Shown piece after piece: positions 1 to 11,539 of a stretch of DNA of 64,000 nt; position 1 is the stretch's first letter; each line of letters starts with the position of its first letter. Made by a program: the position numbers and the translations under genes. Source of the DNA: Welwitschia mirabilis (Eukaryota); assembly GCA_051453625.1 (NCBI GenBank), contig JBOZIK010000001.1:15717802-15781801 (forward strand). The letters run 5' to 3'. The notes under the pieces are model-generated. The model was not told the DNA's origin, made no database searches, and saw nothing but the letters and a program-made list of their open reading frames with translations.

Positions 1-1052
1 TTTGTAGACTCCTTGTCCTAGCTAGCATGTATTAGCTCATAAGATTGATTTTTAAACTCACCAAATAATCTTTCATAACTAATGAGGATTTTGTGGCTTA
101 TCCTCAACTAAGAATGAGGGATAGAGAGAAGGATGCACTAAAGCATAGATGTGTTCTCTATGGTGTAGCAATCTTCTTCACACGATAATGTAAAGATGCA
201 AGTACAATAGAGATCTAAACTTTTTGAGANNNNNNNNNNNNNNNNNNNNNNNNNNNNNNNNNNNNNNNNNNNNNNNNNNNNNNNNNNNNNNNNNNNNNNN
301 NNNNNNNNNNNNNNNNNNNNNNNNNNNNNNNNNNNNNNNNNNNNNNNNNNNNNNNNNNNAAGGAAAATAATCATTATGATTTTCTAAGGAATTGTTGTAT
401 TTATAATGAATAATATTTTCCATTACACGGTTGACTTGTCATTATATTAGGTTGACCACCAAATGCGGTCGCCCTTATTATAACATTCGGTCACCCTGTC
501 TTCTTGTAAATTTTCTTAGTACAGGATATGGTTCAGGTTTAGTCTCCCTCCTGAAAATACTCGGTCACCCTTATCTAGGTCACCCATATGATTATGGTAG
601 GTATCTCATACTACTGTCAGTAGGATTCTTGTTGCATGTCATGAGGTCACCCATCTAAACATCTACGGTCACTTGTATGTACGGTCGCCCTTAAGAATAT
701 CTGTGGTCGTCAATGTTTCTAGCAGGTTAAAGTTCATCACATGTTGTACGGTCGCCTATATGTATATATGCAGTGCCTATGTTACGAGTAGGTTGGAGTT
801 CTCCGCATGTGGTACGGTCGCCCGTATGCATATCTGTGATCGCCTGTCACTGTATCAAATTATGTCAGTTTGAATGAAATGTGGTCACCCATATTTTTAT
901 GGTGGTTGCCCGACTCTGAAGTAGTGTTTATAGTTCTTGATCATTCGGTTGCCTAATATTATACATCAGTTGCTCGGTTCTGGGAAAGACCTGCACAAAA
1001 GACTAACTTACAAAAACTCGTTAATTTAATCAATGACAATGGGTTCTCAACA
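1..1052 (-). mobile_element. LTR retrotransposon LTR fragment (5' end of an LTR on the minus strand, probably copia/Sirevirus-like)
   Basis: The plus strand ends ...gggttctcaaca at 1052 (minus: TGTTGAGAACCC, a canonical TG start). There is an abrupt composition change after 1052. A dense GGTCGCCC/GGTCACCC/GGTTGCCC motif array lies at 430-980. Confidence 0.6.
430..980. repeat. Dispersed (C)GGTCGCCC motif array inside the LTR
   Basis: More than 10 copies of cggtcgccc/ggtcaccc/ggttgccc, e.g. near 467, 488, 562, 578, 644, 682, 748, 816, 883, 904. Confidence 0.8.
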
Positions 1053-2199
1053 GAAAGCTATGTGCGACAGTAGGAAGTGATGAAAGAAGACAAAGAGGGC
1101 CTACATAGCTTAGGCAAGAGAGCATAATCAGACTCCGTCAACATTGAAGGCACAGTTAGCATAGGAGAGATAGAGTCATAGCATAAGTAGAAAGACCAAT
1201 GTGGAAGATCACTTAGAAATACTACAGGGCAAGAAAAAACTACACAGGAGGTATGCAGAGCATGGTCTAAGGAAGGCTGAGAGGCCTAGTATGCATGGAG
1301 AGGGAGAGAGCTATGGAAGAAAGAGCAGGTTACAGTAAGAAAATCACAGTGGTAGTGGTGATGGTAGGTGATAGGCATGGTTTATAGCAGCAGCCAATGA
1401 GTGGAGGATGCACAGAGAAGTGAATGGTAGGTGCAAAGCACGAAGCACGCAAGAGAGAGAGAGGGAAGTATGACAATGAGTCAATGAGTCCATAGTTTTA
1501 GAATACTAACAAGGCTGAGAGATTAGGCAGGGCAGCATTTAAGATGCTAGTGAGGCATATTCACAAGTAGTGTGGAATGCACAAGCATTAGCAGACAGAT
1601 ACACTGAGATAGAGCACAGTTAGGCATTGATGAAAGAGGTGTTTGGGGCTATGCTAAGTGACAGTGCTAGCACTGAGAGGTTCATTAGACGCAAATGGTC
1701 AGGGAAGAATAATTCTAGATGCCACTGATAGTAAAGCATTACGGTGATTAGTGAGTGTCTACAAGTGAAGGGATACGCACACCATAAAGATAAGCAGTGT
1801 TAAAGTATCAACAATGTTGGAGGAGTTGTGAGGTATGAGAAGCAATGTAAATAAGGATCCCGAGTGGTAAAGACAGGAAAGAGAAATGGGGGAGAAGGCT
1901 AGATTGATTGAGCAGTGAAAAGTATGGTGGACAGTAAGGAAACAAGCAGCACAGTGGATGGTGTTTTTAAATGAGCATGGACGAACACAGATGCAAGCTT
2001 TTTAAGGAAAATATTTATAATGTTCCTTTAGTTGGACCTTGGGTAGGGTGAAGGTTTTTATTTTAAGTACGCCAAAGTACATATCCCAATATAATAGTAG
2101 TTGATAGGCAGGTTATGGTTATTAACTCGATAATGACTTTTAGTTACCATCTCTTCATTTCCATGTTATAAAAGTAAAATATTAATTAATAAAGTTTTA

Positions 2200-2265
2200 A
2201 TTGATAGGAGTTGAACTCTATACCTTTCATTATTTATCATTTTAATATAACCACCTTCACTAATT
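2200..2265 (-). mobile_element. Possible tRNA-derived SINE/MITE head (A and B boxes)
   Basis: Minus strand TAGTGAAGGTGG (2262-2251, A-box-like) and GAGTTCAACTCC (2218-2207, B-box-like), about 32 nt apart. No TSD or tail identified. Confidence 0.3.
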
Positions 2266-2699
2266 ACTAACTTGTAAATGACTTATGTTAACATTTAACT
2301 AATGGCACTTCTCTTGAGATACTAGCTTTTATCACTAAACTTAAATTAGCTATACATATTATGATGGCCTTAAGACAACCCACATTAATGTACAGCTAGG
2401 GTTTCACATTGTCTATTAGTCTTACAAACATAAGTTACTTATGTTTTCATGGGAGGCACTAGTAAATAAATTTAAATAATAGCTAAATAATTTCTCCCAG
2501 TTATCTTTAATAATAAGTAGGATGTTAATTCTAAGTTAATATTTTAGTAGTCTTAAGATTATCTAGATTTCTAATGCTTAACAACATCATAGTAAAATAC
2601 CTTAAGCTAAATCAAATAACTATATAATAAGCATCTATTATTTTATTCTCTCGTTGTGGACTTAAGAATCATAGTTTAAGAACTAGCAAGGTGTTAAAT

Positions 2700-3990
2700 A
2701 ATCATTCAACTATGAGCATAAAATATCATATTTAATAAATCACCGTAGTTAATAAGTAGTATTCAATTATCAAGACTAAACATTAATCTAAACTTCTTCT
2801 CGATAGCATAATCATAAGGAAACAAGTACTTGATCTTAGCAAATTCTGAAAATAAGATCTATGGCATATATTTCAAAATAGGAAAGGGTATTTTATCCTA
2901 TGATTGAAATATTTTACTAAAGTACATCATCAAATCCAAAATTGATTCTAAGATCACATTAGATACTTAACAGAAAAGTACATGATTAGAAAACTAAAAC
3001 ATCACAACAAGTAACTGGTCTTAAAGTATTACATATGATGAACATGCAACTGAAATTAATATAACATAAACACAAATAACTGCATGATGATTGGTTTGTC
3101 TCAGCTTCCTTGCATGCAACATTTCCTACACAAGCACAGGTGGTATGAGAACTGAATCATCACATCTGTCAGTGTGGTCCATGACAAGAAATCAGGTTGG
3201 AAGAAAGGTATCCAAGATAAGGATAAGTTCACAATGAGTGATATGACTAAGAACACTATCAATTTACATTATTTTATTTATAATTATTCAATTACAATAA
3301 GTAATCCAACATGCACCCTACTAGGAAGGGGGTAAAAACCATAAAAGTATGCACAATCTCCCCTTGTTAGCCCTAGCAGTTTAATCCCATCACCTTGGGA
3401 CTCCCAACAGAGAGTTACACTCTCTGAAGTCTGTACATGTGGTTATCCTAGCCAATATTAAATTCTTAACTTAGTTTACATAGATCAATGATCATCCAAA
3501 ATCTAAAGTATAAGTTTCGTGAAAAGTGGTAGACAAGAAAGCCACATGACAAGTTAATAACAAGATCACAAACAGTTTTATAAGGTTTTCACAAGCTAAG
3601 ACTCAAGAGGACTTAAGACAAACTAACATAAGAATGATAGAAATTACAAGATTACTTGACACTTGAAACACATGCACAAGTATATAAGGCATATTACATC
3701 TTCAAATTACAATTACAAGGAATAACATAGCAGGCAAGAATTAAAAAGTGAGGTTTATGAACCACACTTGGTCTTAGCTAAACTCCAAGATTCTCCTAGT
3801 TAGCTCTAAGCTCCACATGATTAGATCACAAGATAAAATCCTATGACTCTAATAGTAAGGGGGAATTAAGTATTTATAACATAAGACTAATAGTAAGACT
3901 CACAGTAGGGTTGTGATTTCTATAAGAAGTTTAGGATCCCTTAATGCTTCCTTTTCATGTCTGGCCACTGGGTGTAAATAATAATATAAT
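2700..3990 (-). mobile_element. Degenerate Ty3/gypsy LTR-like sequence
   Basis: Non-coding, with the texture of Tekay/Tat-type LTRs. It ends near gggtgtaaata (~3970-3980), which resembles a decayed GGGTGTTACA terminus. Recognised by resemblance only. Confidence 0.3.
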
Positions 3991-5317
3991 AATAAATTCA
4001 AATTAAATGAAACTACATAAAATAAAATAACATAACATTACATATTACAACTCCTNNNNNNNNNNNNNNNNNNNNNNNNNNNNNNNNNNNNNNNNNNNNN
4101 NNNNNNNNNNNNNNNNNNNNNNNNNNNNNNNNNNNNNNNNNNNNNNNNNNNNNNNNNNNNNNNNNNNNNNNNNNNNNNNNNNNNNTGTCAATTATAAAAT
4201 CATACATGATTAATAGTGAGCTAAAATAAACTAATAATAACTCCATGATAATTCAAGTAATAATACTCATGCATCATAAATTTTAGTTAACTTAATATAT
4301 TAATCAATCAACTAGAGGAAATAACTATAACTTTATCTTTTAATAGAGTCTAAAATAATTAATCTTGTAATGACCTAATTTAGCTATTACTCATATCTTA
4401 AGATCATTATTTTTACATAATTTAGAATTAGACTTATTAAATTATTTAATTTTTCTAGTATTAATGATTTATCTAAATGATTAGAAAGGTTTCTAATGTT
4501 GAGAAGAATTTAGACATGACATTTATAAAACTAGCCATTAGTATACAAGTAATTTTATCTTTTTTAAAACCAAATCGGATAGTAAAAATCTTCATTCTTC
4601 TTATGATATCAGTTTCACAGGTTATCTTTTCTTTGATTTGTAACTTTTTATGCCAATTCATAGATTTTTNNNNNNNNNNNNNNNNNNNNNNNNNNNNNNN
4701 NNNNNNNNNNNNNNNNNNNNNNNNNNNNNNNNNNNNNNNNNNNNNNNNNNNNNNNNNNNNNNNNNNNNNNNNNNNNNNNNNNNNNNNNNNNNNNNNNNNN
4801 NNNNNNNNNNNNNNNNNNNNNNNNNNNNNNNNNNNNNNNNNNNNNNNNNNNNNNNNNNNNNNNNNNNNNNNNNNNNNNNNNNNNNNNNNNNNNNNNNNNN
4901 NNNNNNNNNNNNNNNNNNNNNNNNNNNNNNNNNNNNNNNNNNNNNNNNNNNNNNNNNNNNNNNNNNNNNNNNNNNNNNNNNNNNNNNNNNNNNNNNNNNN
5001 NNNNNNNNNNNNNNNNNNNNNNNNNNNNNNNNNNNNNNNNNNNNNNNNNNNNNNNNNNNNNNNNNNNNNNNNNNNNNNNNNNNNNNNNNNNNNNNNNNNN
5101 NNNNNNNNNNNNNNNNNNNNNNNNNNNNNNNNNNNNNNNNNNNNNNNNNNNNNNNNNNNNNNNNNNNNNNNNNNNNNNNNNNNNNNNNNNNNNNNNNNNN
5201 NNNNNNNNNNNNNNNNNNNNNNNNNNNNNNNNNNNNNNNNNNNNNNNNNNNNNNNNNNNNNNNNNNNNNNNNNNNNNNNNNNNNNNNNNNNNNNNNNNNN
5301 NNNNNNNNNNNNNNNNG

Positions 5318-5415
5318 GAATTTACCAAGAGAGATATGTAAGATTTTGAAATAACTACTAATCTAGCTCTTGACAGACATAAATGGCATAAAAGAATATG
5401 TGAAGTTGACCCCCT
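5318..5415 (+). mobile_element. RTE-clade LINE 3'-terminal fragment
   Basis: Translates EFTKRDM*DFEITTNLALDRHKWHKRICEVDP, matching the C-terminal signature of plant RTE LINE ORFs (..RDM..L.....ALDR..WR.RI..ADP). The 5' part runs into the N gap. Confidence 0.7.
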
Positions 5416-8269
5416 TGACGAAATTTGGTGAAACTCTGCTAAAACTCAAAGGTCAAAAGAGTTTGGGTTTTCTCATCATTTTTTTAAATATTCATGGATT
5501 TTTGGACATTCAAATAAACGATAAAACGTTTTCAAATATCTATTTTTAAATAAAGTTCATGTTGAGATAATAACCTCCTTCTTGTACACTTGATCTTGTT
5601 CAACAATACATATTTTTCCCTGTGGTTTCATCTTTATCTTTTTCATATAAAGTTCTAACTAAAGCCAACTCATTCAAAAATAAAGAGAGTAACGAAGACA
5701 TCTAGCTTATATCTTAGAAAACAAGATTGCTCTATCCTAATGTCTCTTTGCATGTGTAGTGATAGCCATCCAACCTAAGAGTAAGGATGAAAATAAGTCA
5801 TGAATTAAAATCCTAATTTATACAACCTATTTTATCATCTTCAATGCTGTCTCACTAAAGTATAGTATATAATTTTAATCACTCATCCAAAATACATGAT
5901 GAAATTGATAATTATCAGCTTGAGCAAGAGATTGACAAAATTGCTAGACTAGTGGAGCCATTTGATTTTACTTCTTTATAAGATCTCTTTTACCACACTG
6001 AATAAGGAGAATGTTTTAGCATGAGGTGGGATGGCATAAAGATCTTTTTAGAATCCCCTTAGTTGCTTGTTGCNNNNNNNNNNNNNNNNNNNNNNNNNNN
6101 NNNNNNNNNNNNNNNNNNNNNNNNNNNNNNNNNNNNNNNNNNNNNNNNNNNNNNNNNNNNNNNNNNNNNNNNNNNNNNNNNNNNNNNNNNNNNNNNNNNN
6201 NNNNNNNNNNNNNNNNNNNNNNNNNNNNNNNNNNNNNNNNNNNNNNNNNNNNNNNNNNNNNNNNNNNNNNNNNNNNNNNNNNNNNNNNNNNNNNNNNNNN
6301 NNNNNNNNNNNNNNNNNNNNNNNNNNNNNNNNNNNNNNNNNNNNNNNNNNNNNNNNNNNNNNNNNNNNNNNNNNNNNNNNNNNNNNNNNNNNNNNNNNNN
6401 NNNNNNNNNNNNNNNNNNNNNNNNNNNNNNNNNNNNNNNNNNNNNNNNNNNNNNNNNNNNNNNNNNNNNNNNNNNNNNNNNNNNNNNNNNNNNNNNNNNN
6501 NNNNNNNNNNNNNNNNNNNNNNNNNNNNNNNNNNNNNNNNNNNNNNNNNNNNNNNNNNNNNNNNNNNNNNNNNNNNNNNNNNNNNNNNNNNNNNNNNNNN
6601 NNNNNNNNNNNNNNNNNNNNNNNNNNNNNNNNNNNNNNNNNNNNNNNNNNNNNNNNNNNNNNNNNNNNNNNNNNNNNNNNNNNNNNNNNNNNNNNNNNNN
6701 NNNNNNNNNNNNNNNNNNNNNNNNNNNNNNNNNNNNNNNNNNNNNNNNNNNNNNNNNNNNNNNNNNNNNNNNNNNNNNNNNNNNNNNNNNNNNNNNNNNN
6801 NNNNNNNNNNNNNNNNNNNNNNNNNNNNNNNNNNNNATCTATATTTATTATTTAGTATTTCTATAAAAATCATATGAAAAAAATAATGGAAAAGACTTTT
6901 TGCAATAAAAATGTCTATAAATTAAGTCAAGTAATAAATCATTGATGTGTACTTGTTTTTAACTAATTTTTTTAGAAACCATGTAATATCTTGTTAATCT
7001 TTTTGTTTTCTAGATCATGATATGAAACAGGTTCTTGTTATTAGATAAATGGTTATAGCATTAAACATTTTTGGAAAATAGACATGTTTTGTGTCTTTTC
7101 TAATTTGTCATTGACTTTAGTAGAAACTAGCTTCCAATGCAACTTTCTTAATGCAAAACAGATCATAAATAGGCTTGAAGCCCTTTCCTATTTAAGGCTC
7201 AGTTCCTAGTAAAATGGCTTTAAAACTTGTAAGGTGTCTATAAAACAACCAAATGATTAGTATAATGCATGACAATCATGTGGCCATACTAAAATTACTA
7301 ATGTTATCAGTTAGAATAGAGAATAATCCTAGTAATAATTTAAACTTGCATTGTTATGCCAGCTCTTTGACATTTGTTCTTGATGACCATGCTTTTAAGA
7401 GTTATGTTTTTAGTATGGAAGGATCATAATGGAAATGATATTGACCTATTTACATTAGCATTATGGTTTTAACCTGATGAAAATGTGTTGTAATATTTGT
7501 GAATTCTTAACCCAATATTTGCATGAATTATATAGGATAAATGAATTCATTGATGGTCAACTCAAAGATATCTAACTTAGTAGTATGTGAAGTAATTGAT
7601 GGAGGATAACTTCAGTCACAATTCCATCTAAATGTTAAAGGAAATAGTGGTAACCTCCCTTCAATAACAGGTTTGAATTCCTTAGAATAATTAGTTCTTT
7701 TATATTAATAATGAAGAGTCTTCATTAAAGACATTGATTAAATTTATTATCATCTTTCATGTATCTCATGCTTATTTGAAATGTGCATTTACTTATTAAT
7801 TTTATCCATTTAATAGTCAAATTCATAATGAGAACCTATTCATTGACATTGCTTGCTATGTATTTCACCTTTCACTTTCTTATTTGTTATAGATAAAGAC
7901 TAGGAAGACATCAAATTTAGAGTTTAAAATCAAGTAGATTTTTATGTTATTTTATTTCTCAAATATGCTAAGGTTGTTCGTGAATTGAAGAATTATCTTA
8001 AAAGGGATTTACCATGTAAGTCATGTGCTATAGTATTAACATATTATTTTATTGTTTTGTTTTTCATTATTTTGCTCTCATTTTTGTAAAGCTATTTTAC
8101 ATTACATGTTAATCTTTGTAACTGAANNNNNNNNNNNNNNNNNNNNNNNNNNNNTTTCTCATATAAATATCGCATGCATGATTCTTTATTATATATTTTA
8201 TTTGATAGTATGCCTTATAATTATTATACATTTTTCTTAGCCTATAACTGTGTATTTTCAATTTATTAT

Positions 8270-8440
8270 ATAGGCAATGGTTGTACATGGAGATCTTAGA
8301 GTACAAATTCCAATTGAGGAAGTTTCTTTACTGTAGGTAAATATTACCTTTACCTATTTCCATGCATCCAAAATAATGCTACAGTTTATTATTTTGCTAC
8401 GGATTATTTTATGATTAGCATGTTGGTGTGAAGAGTAGTT
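8270..8440 (+). pseudogene. Possible last exons of a CACTA TnpA-like gene
   Basis: An AG...GT-bounded segment encodes AMVVHGDLRVQIPIEEVSLL*, followed by a second short AG-led piece. It is reminiscent of the TnpA/Tnp1 C-terminus and lies just inside the CACTA right end. Confidence 0.3.
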
Positions 8441-9014
8441 TGTATATGTGGAATTATTAAATAGTTTTATCCCATTAGTTTTCTTAACCCTTGCTTGTTT
8501 GTGAATTTACATATTGCTTATTCCATCTAATGTAATGGCATAATTGCCATTGTTTATTTAAGCCTAATTATTTACATGCTATGTAGAATCTTGTCTGCTT
8601 CGGTTGTTGATCAAAGGATGCAACTTGTCTACTTTGGTTCTATAATCAGGATGCATCTTTTAGAATTTGGTATTATGTATAACATTTTGACACTGTTATG
8701 TACACAAATATTGTGAACAATTATCATTTAATGGATGATATACATTTTGTTTATTACTTTCAATTTTTTTCTTAAGAGGTGGGGTTTAATCTTAGAATTT
8801 CAAATGCACTATGGATTTAGCATAGGTTGGATTATACTAATATGGTTTCATATAAAATCCTTTGAATTTAAGCATTGAAGATTGAAAATGCAATAACAAT
8901 ATTTAGATGAAGGCACAGTGCATATGATGATAATAAAAATTTAATTGACGCAGTTCATGAGACAACAATTTAAAAATGTGCTAACTGCACCTATTCTATA
9001 ATTTTTTTCTAAAC

Positions 9015-10008
9015 TAATGCCTTTTGAGGTGTCTATTTAATAAAATGCCTGAAAAGGCCTTTTAAGATGTTTCTTTAAAAAATTCCTCAAAAGGTNNNNN
9101 NNNNNNNNNNNNNNNNNNNNNNNNNNNNNNNNNNNNNNNNNNNNNNNNNNNNNNNNNNNNNNNNNNNNNNNNNNNNNNNNNNNNNNNNNNNNNNNATTCC
9201 TCAAAAGGTCTTTTAAGGTGTTTCTTTAAATAAAACCTCAAACGGCTTTTTAAGGTGTTTCTTGAAAAAATGCGTTAAAAGGCATTTTAAGGCATTTCTT
9301 GAAAAAACGCCTCAAAAGGCCTTTTAAGAAACTTTTATTAAAACACCTTAGAAATGCCTTGACATTGGCTTTTAAAGCGAGGTTTTTTTAATCATTTTGT
9401 GAAGAAATGGCTTTAAGGAATTTTTTTAAGACCTTTTAAGGTGTTTTAGAAATGCCTTAAAAGCCTATATTTCTTGTNNNNNNNNNNNNNNNNNNNNNNN
9501 NNNNNNNNNNNNNNNNNNNNNNNNNNNNNNNNNNNNNNNNNNNNNNNNNNNNNNNNNNNNNNNNNNNNNNNNNNNNNNNNNNNNNNNNNNNNNNNNNNNN
9601 NNNNNNNNNNNNNNNNNNNNNNNNNNNNNNNNNNNNNNNNNNNNNNNNNNNNNNNNNNNNNNNNNNNNNNNNNNNNNNNNNNNNNNNNNNNNNNNNNNNN
9701 NNNNNNNNNNNNCTTTTAAGGTGTTTCTTTAAAAAATGCCTCAAAAGGTCTTTTAAGGTGTTTCTTCAAATAAAACCTCAAACGGCTTTTTAAGGTGTTT
9801 CTTGAAAAAATGCCTCAAAAGGCATTTTAAGGCATTTCTCGAAAAAACGCCTCAAAAGGCCTTTTAAAAAATTTTCATTAAAACACCTTACAAATGCCTT
9901 AAAATTGGCTTTTAAAGAGAGGTTTTTTGGATCATTTTGTGAAGAAATGCCTTTNNNNNNNTTTTTAAGACCTTTTAAGGTGTTTTAGAAATGCCTTAAA
10001 AGCCTATA
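9015..10008. repeat. CACTA subterminal repeat array (~33-bp palindromic units)
   Basis: Repeated aaa(c/t)gcctcaaaaggccttttaaggtgtttc units. The inferred ancestor AAACGCCTCAAAAGGCCTTTTGAGGCGTTT is a perfect palindrome. The array is interrupted by N gaps. Confidence 0.85.
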
Positions 10009-10020
10009 TTTCTTGTAGTG
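10009..10020 (+). mobile_element. CACTA (En/Spm) transposon right terminal inverted repeat
   Basis: TTTCTTGTAGTG is the reverse complement of CACTACAAGAAA and directly follows the subterminal repeats. No left TIR found in the window. Confidence 0.9.
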
Positions 10021-11539
10021 AAAGCTGAGTTATATGAATTTGAAACCCTATTCTCTTGCATTTTTTGCATTTCTACATTCATATAATACTATATTTAGTA
10101 AGTGCATTGTTATTTTCTATAATTCCCTACTTAATTTATGGCATTTTGATTTTCATTATTCTTTTTAAATTTTCTCTTTATCTACTTAATATGTTAGCAT
10201 ATCACCTTAATGCACGATGTTAACTTGTAAAAAAAGATTTGAATTACTTTAAATCTATTAAATTTCTTAGTAATATTAATAAAGTTATTATATCAATCCA
10301 TCCATTATCCAATTTTACCTTTACCAAGTATATTAAAATAAGTTTATCACATATTCTAACTTTGTCAAAAGATATTCAAAAAGACAAACAAATAGTTTTA
10401 GACCTTTTTTTTTAGTTTAATCAAAAACTAGCATCATATGAATTAGAAAAGATTCATTTGCTTTTTTAGCTAATCACCTATGAATTTAAGTCCATTATTA
10501 TATAGAAAAATTAAGTTTTAAAATATATGGAATAATACCTAGTTTCTTCATTTGAAACTTAGTTATTTTTGTAAAATATTGATTGATGTAGAGTATAGTA
10601 AAATGAAGATGAATATATTCTATTAAGAAACCATGTGAGATATATGCTGCCTGATGTTTTTGAAAGACGTGTATACTACTAGTTTAAACAAACCATTATG
10701 CTTATGGATACCTCTCCATTCTATAGAGGACTAATGAATTTGTTCCTATCATAAAGCATGGCTTACCTAAATATCACTTTATGTTCATGTTAGAATTTTC
10801 ATTTTCTTTACTATGCCTTTAAAAAATAAAAATCTATTTCATTTTCTTCTTTTAGACATAAGGAGTGACATGCACATCTTGAAATCCTAAAGTATTATAT
10901 AGGCCTTATAAAGAATAAACTATTCTACCACATTTTCATGTTACAGCATGTAGCAATTTTATTGAAAAGGACTTTACTAGAAGATAGGCATGAAATGTAA
11001 TTACTATAAAACAAACTTCTAGTGATGCTTATATAATAGAATATAGTTTTGAATGTTCAACTACTAAAGAGTATTATAAATAATATCTTTGCCAATATGA
11101 CATATTAATAAATATAATAAATAAAAAGATAAAAACAAAGGAGATAAAAGTACACACATTAGTTTCTTAATTCAAATACATTGCTTTATTTAGAAGTGTA
11201 CTATCATCGATTGTTAATATATTTGAATCTTCTTCACTACACAAAGAGCTCATTTCATTGAAGCAAATTACTAGAAAAACTACCATATTAATCATAAGAA
11301 AGGAAAAGCAGATTATTAAATAATAATCTAAATATTTAGTAGAATATTAAAAACTTCAAGTCAAAATTTTTCAACATCTAGCATTAATTCATATTTCTAT
11401 GCATAAGAAAAATGGATACAATTTATGGAAAAACTTAAATCAATTGCACAAGTTTTATCATAGCATGTAAAATAAGACTGTTATACACATGATTATTTTT
11501 ATAACATTCTTTTATACATAGTTCCACAAGAGCTAGTAC

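Noticed and set aside
431..873. Short plus-strand ORFs 431-658 and 673-873 as genes
   Set aside because: Non-ATG starts, located in an LTR motif array, and no recognisable domain.
4477..6877. Long ORFs (226-290 aa) in the track
   Set aside because: They consist almost entirely of X from N gaps. The same applies to ORFs at 138-423, 9457-9744 and 21693-22242.
6838..8100. Host gene exons
   Set aside because: No sustained reading frame or recognisable protein motif; probably CACTA interior or intron-like DNA.
9015..10008. CRISPR-like array of ~30-bp palindromic repeats
   Set aside because: No unique spacers and no cas genes; eukaryotic context; the array ends in a CACTA TIR.
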